From Anaerolineae bacterium (lineage in GTDB: Bacteria; Chloroflexota; Anaerolineae; Aggregatilineales; JAFGMM01): a stretch of 64,000 bases of DNA. The notes beneath the pieces are model-generated. The model saw nothing but the letters and a program-made list of their open reading frames with translations, was not told the origin of the DNA and made no database searches. Positions 18,014 to 27,754 of this stretch are shown piece by piece. The translations under genes and the position numbers were made by a program. The stretch lies in contig JAFGMM010000090.1 in NCBI GenBank assembly GCA_016927535.1, positions 118 through 64,117 on the forward strand, written 5' to 3'. Positions within the stretch are counted from its first letter, which is position 1. Each line of letters begins with the position of its first letter.

Positions 18014-18889
18014 ATGAGCACAGAAGAACGCAATCCCCAGAGCATGGATCTGGATTTGATGAGCAGCCTGGACATCGTGCGGGTGATGAACGCGCAGGAC
18101 ACGCACGCTGTGGCGGTGGTGGGCGGCGCGTGTGAGCAGATCGCCGGCGCGGCGGACCGCATCGCGGTGCGGATGGCGCGCGGCGGGCGCTTGATCTACA
18201 TCGGCGCCGGCACCAGCGGGCGCCTGGGCGTGCTGGACGCTTCCGAGTGCCCGCCGACTTTCGGCGTCGCGCCGGACCGCGTGATCGGTGTGCTGGCCGG
18301 CGGCGACTACGCGCTGCGCCATTCGGTCGAGGGGGCAGAGGACGACCGTAACCGGGGGCGCGCCGAAATCGCAGAATTGGCCGCCGGCCCGGACGACTCG
18401 GTGGTGGGCATCGCGGCGAGCGGGCATACTCCGTACACCATCGCCGCAATCGAAGAAGCCCGCGCACGCGGCGCGTTCACAGTGTCCATCGCGTGCAACC
18501 ACCCGTCGCCGCTGGCGGATGCGGCGGAGTGGCCGATCCCGCTGGTGGTGGGGCCGGAGGTGCTGACCGGATCAACGCGGCTGAAAGCGGGCACGGCACA
18601 GAAGATGGCGCTGAATATGCTCAGCACGGTGGTGATGGTGCGCTTGGGCTACGTGTACGGGAACCTGATGGCGGGCGTGCAGCCGACTAACGAGAAGCTG
18701 CGCGGGCGCGCGGTGCGCATCGTGCAGATGGCAACCGGCGCGAACGCGGCGACGGCGCACGGCTGGCTATCGGCGGCGGGCTGGCATGTGCGGGTTGCGC
18801 TCGTGATGGGCCTGGCGGGCGTGGACGCAGACACGGCGGCGGCGCGGCTGGAAGCGGCCGGCGGGCATGTGCGGCGGGCGGTGGGATAA
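18014..18889 (+). CDS. murQ: N-acetylmuramic acid 6-phosphate etherase
   Basis: TEERNP, GAGTSGRLGVLDASECPPTFG, GSTRLKAGTAQK. Start set to the ATG at 18014. Confidence 0.95.
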   Translation: MSTEERNPQSMDLDLMSSLDIVRVMNAQDTHAVAVVGGACEQIAGAADRIAVRMARGGRLIYIGAGTSGRLGVLDASECPPTFGVAPDRVIGVLAGGDYALRHSVEGAEDDRNRGRAEIAELAAGPDDSVVGIAASGHTPYTIAAIEEARARGAFTVSIACNHPSPLADAAEWPIPLVVGPEVLTGSTRLKAGTAQKMALNMLSTVVMVRLGYVYGNLMAGVQPTNEKLRGRAVRIVQMATGANAATAHGWLSAAGWHVRVALVMGLAGVDADTAAARLEAAGGHVRRAVG

Positions 18890-18937
18890 TTTGCGTCACA
18901 ATCGACGACTTGTAGAGTAAAATAACGTTAGGACGTT

Positions 18938-19198
18938 ATGAATAAAAAGCCGGTTCGTTTTACTAAACATGCGCGGCAGAAGTTTGACGATTTGGCTGAG
19001 ATGGGCTTTTCGGTTTCGGAAGCGCAGGTCGTTGATGCAGTGCGAAATCCTGCAAAAGTAGATAGGGGCGTATATCCGCCGATTGCCCAGAAGCCGGTTA
19101 GCAAGAACCATTTACTTCGCGTAGCGTTCGTGGAGGATGAGCAATCGATTTTGATTGTCACCTTTTATCCGGGAAGGATATCTCGTTATGAGTCTTGA
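18938..19198 (+). CDS. DUF4258 (RelE/BrnT-like) putative toxin
   Basis: RFTKHARQK N-terminus, LLRVAF...ILIVTFYP C-terminus. Confidence 0.8.
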   Translation: MNKKPVRFTKHARQKFDDLAEMGFSVSEAQVVDAVRNPAKVDRGVYPPIAQKPVSKNHLLRVAFVEDEQSILIVTFYPGRISRYES

Positions 19199-19400
19199 AA
19201 TGCGTTACGATGCGGAAGACGATGTTTTAATGATCTGGCTTGCCAGAGGGAAAACGCTTGACCACGCCGAGCATGTCGGCTCGATGATCCTGCACCTCAC
19301 CGAGCAGGGCGAACCGATCCTACTGGAGGTCTTGAACGCGCGAGATTTCGTCGCGGACCTGGTGCGTACAGCGATGACGCCGGCGGAAGCGGCAGCGTAA
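19188..19400 (+). CDS. DUF2283 putative antitoxin
   Basis: MRYDAEDDVLMI...G.PILLEVLNA; overlaps the toxin 3' end. Confidence 0.85.
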   Translation: MSLEMRYDAEDDVLMIWLARGKTLDHAEHVGSMILHLTEQGEPILLEVLNARDFVADLVRTAMTPAEAAA

Positions 19401-19405
19401 GTTTT

Positions 19406-21628
19406 TCAGACTGCTTCGAGCAGACGATGCGCCGTTGTCATACGGTTAAGCGCAGTTTCTACCAGGTTGAGCGATTCGCGCACGATGTTAGCGGCGTGGG
19501 TCGGGCGACCTTTATCTAAATGAAGTTTACCGGCTTTAGATTTGGCGTGCGCCACACGCAGCAGCGCGCGGCATTCGGCGAGCGCCAGCCGGATGTCGAA
19601 GCAGGCGTCGTCGTTGGCGCGCGCAATGCCGGCATACGCTTCGCGCAGTTCCTCGCCCAGCGAATCCGCCAGAGGCTTTAGCTGGCGGTTCTCGTCGTTC
19701 TCGGCGACGAAAATATCCAGGCTGGCGCGCAGTTCGCCCACGTCGTAAGCATAGTCGCCGTCCGCCGTCACGCTTTCCAGGTCGATCAGCCGGATGCTCA
19801 GCGGCTCGCGCCGGTTATCGACGACGCGCAGCATGATGTTGCGAATGTGCAGGTCGCCGTGCATGTAGACGGGCCGGAAGCGATTGAGCGTGTCCTGGTG
19901 CGGGTAGAGATGGGTAAGCAGGGTGTAGAACGCCGCTTCGATCTGCCAGGCGCGCTCGATGTCGCTGCTGCCGAGGGTTTGTAGAAAGCCGTACACCTGC
20001 GGGTCGTAGAACAGCGAAAAGACCGTGCCCAGGTAGCGCCAGGCCGGCTCCAGATAGAGACGGCGCGCCAGCCCGACCGGGGCCAGGCGCGCGGGTTGCA
20101 GGCCAGACCGGTAAAGGTCTTTGAGAAAAGAGGCCAGCTCGCACCCCAGGATGTGCTCTACGCCGCGATGCCGCGCGCGCGGCAGCAGCTCTTGCAGCGC
20201 CTCGAAATCCACCAAATCTTGGATCACCGTGAAGACGTGGCCGTTTTTGGCGTAGGTGCCTTCGGGCAGCATGGCGAACATGGCTTGCAGGGCGGCGGGC
20301 AGGTTGCGGTAGTTGCGCACTTCGGTTTCGATGTCTTTACGCGCGCCGTATTTGACGATCAGGCTGTCGATGCGCGGGATCGGTATCGTAGTGCGCTCAC
20401 TTTGCAGGCTGGTGGGCGGGACCATCAGGCGCGGGTGCACCCGTACCACCTTCGCGCCGGAGTGTCCGAGCGTCAGCTCTTCCAGTTCGCCGTCGTAAAC
20501 GATTTTGAACCACGAGCGCAGGGTTTCCAGGATGCCGCCTTCGTCGAGCGTGTAGAGGCGGTCGTTGAGGCCGACGTAGGGCATCACGCTTTCATCGACG
20601 ACGTGCGGGAAAAGGTACGGGTTCAGCGGGCCGAGCCAGGCGCGCGCAGCGATCAACAGGCGGCACATAATCTCGATGTAGTGATAGTCGCGGATGAAGT
20701 AGCGATGAATATCCTGCGGCGACTCGCGTCCGATCAAATCAAACAGGCGGTAGAGGGTCTGGCCGAGCGGTCGTTCGATCTCCGGGTGGAGGTCACGCAG
20801 GAGGGCCAGGTTTTGGATCACGTGACAGGTGCCCACCAGCGCCGGGCGCCAGTCGCGCTCGTTGGCCGGCCCCGGCGCAAAGCCGTGCGACCAGACTTCG
20901 GGCAGGAGAGCGTGCGCGCTGTGCTGCATCGACCACATGCCGTCGCACGCCGTGCCCAGATCGAGCAGGTGGCCCAAGAGGTCCTGGTGTTCCGGTTCGA
21001 GCCGGCCGTTGAGCCGGTATTGCAGGCACAGCGCCAGCGAGACATCTTTGGGCGTAAGGAACTGCTGTTTGGCTTTGCACAGCAGCCGGATATCATCCAG
21101 CAGCGCGCCGATATCTTCGCACATGCGGTCGTAGAACGCCGGGCCGGGGATGTGGCCCTGTTCGTTGGCGCGCAGCAGGGTTTTGATGGCCCACAGGCTG
21201 GACGAGATTTTCGACTCCGGGTGCATGTCGTCGATGTAGTAATAGATGTTGTCATTGCGCTGAGTGACCAGCCGGGAAACCAGGGTGCGCACCAGGCCGT
21301 AGGGCGGCGCGATGACGGGCGTGTGTTCGACGGCGGTGACGCGCAGCAGCGCTTCCAACTGGTACATCTCGCGCCGGCCCAAGCGCTGGCGCACCGGCAG
21401 GTTGATAAACCATTTCGCGGCGTTTTCCAGGCTCATCCCGCCCATGTAACCGCAGGCGATCAGTGCAGCGATGAAGTCGTGAGTCAGGTGGGCTTTCAGG
21501 TCGTCGGTGGCGTGGGCGCCGTTGGCGCCCGGCACCGAACCGTCTTCGTGCTGCTGGCGCAATAAATAAACGAAAATCTTACTTAAAACCGGTCCGAAGG
21601 TGTGCAAAAGACCGTTGGTTTCAACCAT
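19406..21628 (-). CDS. Fusion of N-terminal prenyltransferase/terpene-cyclase-like alpha/alpha region and C-terminal APH/TCAD9-like phosphotransferase
   Basis: LLRQQHEDGS and DGMW QW-like motifs; kinase motifs GHSGAKV, IVKYG...E..NY, HGDLHIRNIM, LIDLE, DYAYDVGEL. Confidence 0.7.
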   Translation of the reverse strand: MVETNGLLHTFGPVLSKIFVYLLRQQHEDGSVPGANGAHATDDLKAHLTHDFIAALIACGYMGGMSLENAAKWFINLPVRQRLGRREMYQLEALLRVTAVEHTPVIAPPYGLVRTLVSRLVTQRNDNIYYYIDDMHPESKISSSLWAIKTLLRANEQGHIPGPAFYDRMCEDIGALLDDIRLLCKAKQQFLTPKDVSLALCLQYRLNGRLEPEHQDLLGHLLDLGTACDGMWSMQHSAHALLPEVWSHGFAPGPANERDWRPALVGTCHVIQNLALLRDLHPEIERPLGQTLYRLFDLIGRESPQDIHRYFIRDYHYIEIMCRLLIAARAWLGPLNPYLFPHVVDESVMPYVGLNDRLYTLDEGGILETLRSWFKIVYDGELEELTLGHSGAKVVRVHPRLMVPPTSLQSERTTIPIPRIDSLIVKYGARKDIETEVRNYRNLPAALQAMFAMLPEGTYAKNGHVFTVIQDLVDFEALQELLPRARHRGVEHILGCELASFLKDLYRSGLQPARLAPVGLARRLYLEPAWRYLGTVFSLFYDPQVYGFLQTLGSSDIERAWQIEAAFYTLLTHLYPHQDTLNRFRPVYMHGDLHIRNIMLRVVDNRREPLSIRLIDLESVTADGDYAYDVGELRASLDIFVAENDENRQLKPLADSLGEELREAYAGIARANDDACFDIRLALAECRALLRVAHAKSKAGKLHLDKGRPTHAANIVRESLNLVETALNRMTTAHRLLEAV

Positions 21629-21900
21629 AAACCCATACCCCGCAGATGAATCCCCTTCTGGGTTTTAATAACTATATTACAGTTAGGTGCCGTGTAGAGA
21701 GGCGTTATAAAAGAGTTTATCATTTTTATTTTTATACGGCTGTTACTCTTTGTCTATCGTACCGGTGTACTATGACTCTGATGATTATGTTTTTGGAACT
21801 GATATGATCGGCTGGTCGATGGTCCGGCGGCGCGCTCTACGAAAAACCGCGTGAGACGGTGTATATGAAGATGTGAGAGCCTCGTAGGGAGTTACGAAAG

Positions 21901-23661
21901 ATGCAAACTGCCGCCGACCGGAACGCCGGAGTACAGCGCGCCGCGCTCGTCGCCGTGCTTGCGCTGGCCGCCTTCTTAAATCTGTATCATCTTGACCAAA
22001 TCGGTCCTAACGGTCTGGGGAACACTTACTACGCCGCCGCCGTCCAAAGTATGCTGACAGACTGGCGGCATTTCTTTTACCTGTCGTTCGACCCGGCGGG
22101 TTTTCTCGCGCTGGACAAAGCGCCGCTGGCGATCTGGCTCCAGGCCGGCAGCGCGGCGCTCTTCGGCTTCCACGGCTGGAGCCTGCTGCTCCCGCAGGCG
22201 TTCGCCGGCATTTTAACCGTCGCGCTGCTGTATCATCTGGTGCGCCGCACCCACGGCAGGTGGGCCGGCCTGCTGGCTGCGCTCGCGCTCGCCGTGACGC
22301 CGGCCAGCGTCGTGACCAATCGCAACAACACCCCCGACGCGCTGCTTATCCTCGTGCTGCTGCTGGCGGCCTGGGCAATGCTCCGCGCCGTCGAGCGCGG
22401 CGCGCCGGGCTGGCTGCTGGCGAGCGCGGCGCTGGTCGGCGCAGCGTTCAACGTCAAGATGCTGCAAATCCTGCTGGCGCTGCCGGCGCTCGCCGCTCTA
22501 TATTGCTTCTGCGCGCCGCTGCCGTGGCGAAAGCGTCTGCTCTATGCGGCTTTGGCGGCGGCGGTCGGTCTGGTCGTCGCGTCGCCGTGGGTGTTGGCGG
22601 TGGAGCTGACGCCGCCCGACCAGCGCCCTTACGTCGGTGGGAGCGCCACGAACAGCCTGCTCGAACTCATCTTCAATTACAACGGCGTCGCCCGGCTGTG
22701 GGGCGAAGACTGGACGGTTTGGCTGGGCGCGCCGGGACCGCTGCGCCTCTTTAATGACAAGCTGGCCGGGCAGATTAGCTGGCTACTGCCGTTCGTTATC
22801 ATCGGCCTGCCGTTCGCCGCTGCGAAAGCGCGCACGGCCTCCCGGCGGGGGGCGCTCATTCTGTGGTCGGTCTGGCTGATCTTTCCGCTGCTTTACTTCA
22901 GCGCCAGCCTGTTCTACCATAGTTATTATCTCGCTACGATGGCCCCGGCGGTCGCCGCACTGACCGGCATCGGCGCCGACGCGCTCTGGACGGCGCGGCA
23001 GTCAGCCGGTTGGAGGAAGTGGGGAGCGGCGGCGGCGTTGGCCGCCGGCGCGGGAGTCCAGGCGTTGATCCTGCTCCCGTACCCTTACCCGGCGTTGATC
23101 GCGTCGGTTCTGGGCCTGTGCCTGGCGGCGCTGCTGCTGATGCAGCGCGCACAGCGCACGCGGCGCGGCGCGGCGGCGTTTGCGACCGGTTGCCTGGCCT
23201 TGCTCATTGCCCCGGCGGTGTGGGCGTTGATCCCGGCGCTGACCTGCACGCATTCTGTCTTGCCGGCCGGCGGCCCTCAGCCGGATGCGTGCAAACCTTT
23301 TGAGATAAAGCCGCTGCTCGACCCGGCGCTGGTCGCTTACCTGGAGGACAATCGCGGCGGCGCGCGCTACCTGGCCGCGACCTACGACCTGGGGATTTCG
23401 GCGTTCGGGATTCTGGCGACGGGCGAGCCGTTTATGACGCTGGGCGGCTATCGCGGCACCGATCCCATCCTGTCGGTGGGCGAGTTCGCGCAGTTCGTCG
23501 CCGACGGCGAGGTTCGTATCTTCCTCAGCCTGACGGAGGAGGCGGAACTGCCGGAGCATGCGGCGATCCGGCGCTGGGTCGATGCGCACTGCCCGCTTGC
23601 GCCCATCCAGCCGGACGGGATCACGGTGCGCGGCCCGTGCGCGGAAGAAGTTCTAAACTAA
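21901..23661 (+). CDS. GT-C glycosyltransferase (family 39/ArnT-PMT, YkcB-like)
   Basis: GNTYYAAAV, FDPAGFLALDKAP, RNNTPD, FNVKMLQ, RPYVGGS..NS..ELIF.YNG..RL. Confidence 0.9.
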   Translation: MQTAADRNAGVQRAALVAVLALAAFLNLYHLDQIGPNGLGNTYYAAAVQSMLTDWRHFFYLSFDPAGFLALDKAPLAIWLQAGSAALFGFHGWSLLLPQAFAGILTVALLYHLVRRTHGRWAGLLAALALAVTPASVVTNRNNTPDALLILVLLLAAWAMLRAVERGAPGWLLASAALVGAAFNVKMLQILLALPALAALYCFCAPLPWRKRLLYAALAAAVGLVVASPWVLAVELTPPDQRPYVGGSATNSLLELIFNYNGVARLWGEDWTVWLGAPGPLRLFNDKLAGQISWLLPFVIIGLPFAAAKARTASRRGALILWSVWLIFPLLYFSASLFYHSYYLATMAPAVAALTGIGADALWTARQSAGWRKWGAAAALAAGAGVQALILLPYPYPALIASVLGLCLAALLLMQRAQRTRRGAAAFATGCLALLIAPAVWALIPALTCTHSVLPAGGPQPDACKPFEIKPLLDPALVAYLEDNRGGARYLAATYDLGISAFGILATGEPFMTLGGYRGTDPILSVGEFAQFVADGEVRIFLSLTEEAELPEHAAIRRWVDAHCPLAPIQPDGITVRGPCAEEVLN

Positions 23662-23667
23662 CGGTGA

Positions 23668-24108
23668 TTGAAAATTCTAGTGCTTTCGCTGGAGGAATTC
23701 GATATGATCGAAAACGGTGGAAAGTTAAGTGCCCGCAGAAGACATTTAGCGCTACTCCTTGAACTCGAGGTTGCCGAATTCCAAGATTCGGCAGAAGAAC
23801 ATGAGCGCATGTCTAAAGAGACATTTGATAGTGAAGAATTCCCAATATGGGCAGAGATAGAACTATTTGCCGATGCCGTGAGAGGTGGTGCGTCTCAGAT
23901 TGCCCATGAGGGAGTTGTAAGCAAGCCAGAAGCAGTACTTGAGCATTTGCGCAAAAGTAGCATTTTCGATTTGCCGAGTTTTTCTCAATGGTATTTTAAT
24001 CAGAGTGGTTACTCAAAAACAAAAACTGATACAAGAACACTAGATTATATTCGATTACTATCTATAGAATATATTACCCTTCAGTTCCAATATCATGAGA
24101 TTGAATAA
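23668..24108 (+). CDS. AT-rich hypothetical protein (possible immunity-type protein)
   Basis: 146-aa acidic ORF in a visibly AT-rich patch; start codon uncertain. Confidence 0.55.
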   Translation: MKILVLSLEEFDMIENGGKLSARRRHLALLLELEVAEFQDSAEEHERMSKETFDSEEFPIWAEIELFADAVRGGASQIAHEGVVSKPEAVLEHLRKSSIFDLPSFSQWYFNQSGYSKTKTDTRTLDYIRLLSIEYITLQFQYHEIE

Positions 24109-24146
24109 TATGAGAGCCTAAATAGATATTGTGAAAGGAATTTCGA

Positions 24147-24584
24147 ATGTCTTGGCAAGATATGTTCCTTAACCGGCTCTCGGCAGATGATGAAATCACG
24201 AATGCTTTGAGTAGCGCATTCGATGTCGATGCGAACACTATAGTAGTTACGCATGAGTACCCGGATTTGACACTGCTTCCTAAAAATACCTGTCTTGCTT
24301 GTTGGGTAGATATATTACCTCGTGGTGATTTCCCTACTCGATTAAAGATATTTCCAATGAAGAAAGAATTAATACCAGAGATCGAATGGGAAACAGAAAA
24401 ACAAATATGCAAAATTCTAAATCGTCAGGCTCTGATCGCCGATGCGGAACTAAACCCCTATTCTTGGGCCCTTATCCTAGGGTCAGGCGAAGTGAGACAC
24501 GTTAAAGTTGATCCAGATTTATTAGATGCTGACGAGTCGGGGTTTGTGATCGTCTTTGACCATGGGCCTTACGCGCCGGAATGA
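24147..24584 (+). CDS. AT-rich hypothetical protein (possible immunity-type protein)
   Basis: 145-aa acidic ORF with RBS AAAGGA; GDFP and NPYSW motifs. Confidence 0.65.
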   Translation: MSWQDMFLNRLSADDEITNALSSAFDVDANTIVVTHEYPDLTLLPKNTCLACWVDILPRGDFPTRLKIFPMKKELIPEIEWETEKQICKILNRQALIADAELNPYSWALILGSGEVRHVKVDPDLLDADESGFVIVFDHGPYAPE

Positions 24585-24704
24585 TGAGGCGATTCGGGTG
24601 CTCCCCGGCGTCAAGCTCCCAGCGGCAGGCTAGGCGATTTGCGCGCTTCGTGTTACAACATAGCGGGTTTTTAAATCTTTTGCACTTTGTGTAGGAGCAA
24701 CCAA

Positions 24705-25928
24705 ATGGCAGATTTTGACTTAATGCGAGAGCTTGCCCTTGACGGCGGGGGCAAGATTTTGCTGCTGGTTATGGACGGGTTGGGCGGCCTGCCCCGCATC
24801 GAGGGCGGCCCCACCGAGCTTGAAGCCGCCGAGACGCCGAACCTGGACCGCCTGGCCGCCCAGGGCACCACGGGCCGTATCGTCCCCATCCGGCCCGGCC
24901 TGACGCCCGGCAGCGGCCCGGCGCACCTGGCGCTGTTCGGCTACGACCCGGTCGAGTACCTCATCGGGCGCGGCATGCTGGAATGCATCGGCATCGGGAT
25001 GAAGATCGGCCCTAAAGACGTCGCCATCCGGGGCAACTTCTGCACGGTAGACGGCGGCGGCGTCATCACCGACCGGCGCGCCGGGCGCATCCCCACCGAG
25101 AAGTGCATCGAACTGGTGGAGAAGCTGCGGACGATCAAAGTCCCCGGCTACGAGTTCGACGTGGAGGCGGTGCAGGACTACCGCTTCGGCGTCGTCATCC
25201 GGGGCGCAGGGCTGAGCGGCGAGGTTGACGACACCGACCCGCAGCAGACCGGCAAGAAGCCGCTGCCGGCCAAAGCGCGCATCCCGGAAGCCGGGAAGAC
25301 CGCCGAGTTGATGAACCAGTGGATCGCGCAGGCGGGCGAAATCCTCAAGGACGAGCGCCCCGCCAACATGGTCACGCTGCGCGGCGTCTCGATGGACCCG
25401 AACCTGCCCAAGTTCGCCGAGGTGTACAAGCTCAAGGCGGCGTGCGTGGCGGTCTACCCGATGTACAAGGGCGTGTCGCAGTTGGTGGGCATGGATGTCA
25501 TCGAGACCGGCGCGCACGACAAGCCGGAGGACGAATTCCGCCGCGCGCTGGCGCAGTTCGAAGCCGGGTATGATTTCGTCTTCTGCCACATCAAGTACAC
25601 CGACAGCCGGGGCGAAGACGGCGACTTCGACGCGAAGGTCAAAGTGATCGAGTCGGTGGATGCCGCGCTGCCGGTGCTGCTCCAGAGCGCCGCGCGCCCC
25701 GACGTGATCGCCGTCACCGGCGACCACTCGACGCCTGCTACCTACAAATCGCACAGTTGGCACCCGGTGCCGCTGCTGCTCTGGGCGCCGGGGACGCACC
25801 TGCCGGACCGCGCGACCCGGTTCGGCGAGCGCGAGTGCATGGGCGGCGGGCTGGGCCTGTTCCCGGCTTCCGATTTGATGCCGGTTATGCTGGCGCACGC
25901 CAAGCGCCTGCAGAAGTTCGGAGCGTAA
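24705..25928 (+). CDS. apgM: 2,3-bisphosphoglycerate-independent phosphoglycerate mutase, archaeal type
   Basis: MDGLGG, TELEAA.TPNLD, PGSGPAHLALFGYDP, TGDHSTP, HSWHPVP. Confidence 0.93.
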   Translation: MADFDLMRELALDGGGKILLLVMDGLGGLPRIEGGPTELEAAETPNLDRLAAQGTTGRIVPIRPGLTPGSGPAHLALFGYDPVEYLIGRGMLECIGIGMKIGPKDVAIRGNFCTVDGGGVITDRRAGRIPTEKCIELVEKLRTIKVPGYEFDVEAVQDYRFGVVIRGAGLSGEVDDTDPQQTGKKPLPAKARIPEAGKTAELMNQWIAQAGEILKDERPANMVTLRGVSMDPNLPKFAEVYKLKAACVAVYPMYKGVSQLVGMDVIETGAHDKPEDEFRRALAQFEAGYDFVFCHIKYTDSRGEDGDFDAKVKVIESVDAALPVLLQSAARPDVIAVTGDHSTPATYKSHSWHPVPLLLWAPGTHLPDRATRFGERECMGGGLGLFPASDLMPVMLAHAKRLQKFGA

Positions 25929-25931
25929 AGC

Positions 25932-27050
25932 TTGTCGGATCGAGGGGTGCGAGATCACCCGGCGGAGATGGCGCGCTACCGTCTGCTGACCGAGCGCCCG
26001 GCGCGCCGGCGCGCATTCCGGCGCGATATAGAGGCGGAACTGCGCGAGTGGGCGGCGCTGCTGCGCATGTTCTGGCGGTCGCTGATGGCGTTCGTCGTGA
26101 TTGTCGTGGCGGGCGCGGCGCTGTACCGGCTGCTGACGCCGCCCGACGAGCGCATGGTCTTCGGCGAGTCGGTTTACTTCATGCTGCAACTGATGTTGTT
26201 CAACGCGGATCACGCCGACTTCCCGCATGACTTGGCGCGCCAGGCGTTCTTTTATGCTATGCCGGTGCTGGGCTGGACGACGGTAGTCAGGAGTGTGGTG
26301 CAGTTCGCGTCGGCGCTCCTAAACCGCTCCAGTCGCAGCGAAGAATGGGAGGTGGCCTTGGCAAGTACCTATAAAAATCATACGATTGTGTGCGGCGTGG
26401 GCCACGTAGGGACGCGCGTGGTGCGGCACCTGCTGGCGCTGCACTTCGATGTGGTAGTGATCGAGACCAACCCGAAAGCGTCAGGCATCGAAGAGGTGCG
26501 CGCGTATGAGGTGCCGCTGCTCATCAAGGACGCCAGCAAACCGGAGACGCTGATCGAGGCCGGCGTCAAATACGCCGAAACGCTGCTGGTCTGCACCGAC
26601 GACGACATGGCGAACATTGCGGTGACCATCCACGCACGCGAGCTTAACCCGCATATCCGCATCGTGGTGCGCATGTTCAACGATTCGCTTGCCACGCAGG
26701 TACGCGACCGGCTGGGCGCAGACGCGGTATACAGCACCTCGATGCTGGCCGCGCCGGTCTTTGCCAGTCTCGCCACGCGCACCGAAGTCGCGCAGTCGTA
26801 CATCGTCGGCGAAGACGTGTTCAGCATGGCGCGGCTGGAGGTGTGTCAAGGCTCGCCGCTGGTCGGCCAAACCATCGTGCAGATCGAGCGCCCGAAGGAG
26901 CTTGACGTGGTGCTGCACATCAGCGGCGCCGAAGCCACCGCCCACCCAGACGCCGGCGCGGTAATCCAACCGGGCGACGAACTGGTGATCTTCGCACGCG
27001 AAGACCTGCTGCTAGAGACGGCGCGGCGCAACCGGGCCGGGGCGCGTTAG
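25932..27050 (+). CDS. Potassium channel family protein with TrkA-N/TrkA-C (RCK) domains
   Basis: Two TM helices; HTIVCGVGHVG Rossmann motif; C-terminal IQPGDELVI. Confidence 0.88.
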   Translation: MSDRGVRDHPAEMARYRLLTERPARRRAFRRDIEAELREWAALLRMFWRSLMAFVVIVVAGAALYRLLTPPDERMVFGESVYFMLQLMLFNADHADFPHDLARQAFFYAMPVLGWTTVVRSVVQFASALLNRSSRSEEWEVALASTYKNHTIVCGVGHVGTRVVRHLLALHFDVVVIETNPKASGIEEVRAYEVPLLIKDASKPETLIEAGVKYAETLLVCTDDDMANIAVTIHARELNPHIRIVVRMFNDSLATQVRDRLGADAVYSTSMLAAPVFASLATRTEVAQSYIVGEDVFSMARLEVCQGSPLVGQTIVQIERPKELDVVLHISGAEATAHPDAGAVIQPGDELVIFAREDLLLETARRNRAGAR

Positions 27051-27076
27051 AATCATTCCGGCTGTGAAAACCTGAA

Positions 27077-27754
27077 ATGTTAGTGAATCAAGAAAGCTAC
27101 AACCTCGAACTGAGCGAAGTCCAACCCGACGACTACCCCATGATTGCGCGGCTGCTGGCGGATGCGTTCGCCGGCGGCAAGTACGCGACCGCGTTCGGCA
27201 AGGACGCCGGGCAGCGCGCCGCGTTGTTCGAAATCATGCTGCGGTGCCGGGCGTTGAGCAAGGGCCTGTTGTACACGGTGCGCGAGACGCCGGCGAACGG
27301 CGACGCGCCCGTGGCGGCGACAGTGGTGATGAAATACGAGAACGTCACCATCGCCCCGGCGAACCGCCGCGCCGCACGCGCCGAAATCGCGCAGCGCGCC
27401 GGGTGGGTGCGCGCGTGGTGGGCGACGACCGTGCTGCGCCTGGCGAGCAGCCCGCGCCTCGAGCCGCACCAGGGCTACATGGACGATTTGGTAGTGAACC
27501 CGGCGTTCCGGCGACAGGGCATCGCACAGCGCATCCTCTACGCCGCATTCGACTATTCGCGTGCGATGGGCAAGACCGAAATGCTGGCCGATGTGGTCCC
27601 GACAAACAAACCGGTGATGGGTCTGATTAAAGTGACGGGATGGGAGATCGTCAGCCGGAACTACCTGGCCGCGCCGCTGACTCTGCCGCTGTTCGGCTTT
27701 GCGAGCGTGTACCGCATCCGCCGCGACCTGGCGCTGCCAAACGTCACGGCGTAG
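27077..27754 (+). CDS. GNAT family N-acetyltransferase
   Basis: Acetyl-CoA motif LVVNPAFRRQGIA. Confidence 0.85.
   Translation: MLVNQESYNLELSEVQPDDYPMIARLLADAFAGGKYATAFGKDAGQRAALFEIMLRCRALSKGLLYTVRETPANGDAPVAATVVMKYENVTIAPANRRAARAEIAQRAGWVRAWWATTVLRLASSPRLEPHQGYMDDLVVNPAFRRQGIAQRILYAAFDYSRAMGKTEMLADVVPTNKPVMGLIKVTGWEIVSRNYLAAPLTLPLFGFASVYRIRRDLALPNVTA

Noticed and set aside
19406-21628. Lanthipeptide synthetase interpretation of the toroid-kinase fusion
   Set aside because: The domain order is opposite to LanM/LanKC, no LanC zinc motifs were recognised, and there is no precursor peptide or transporter nearby.
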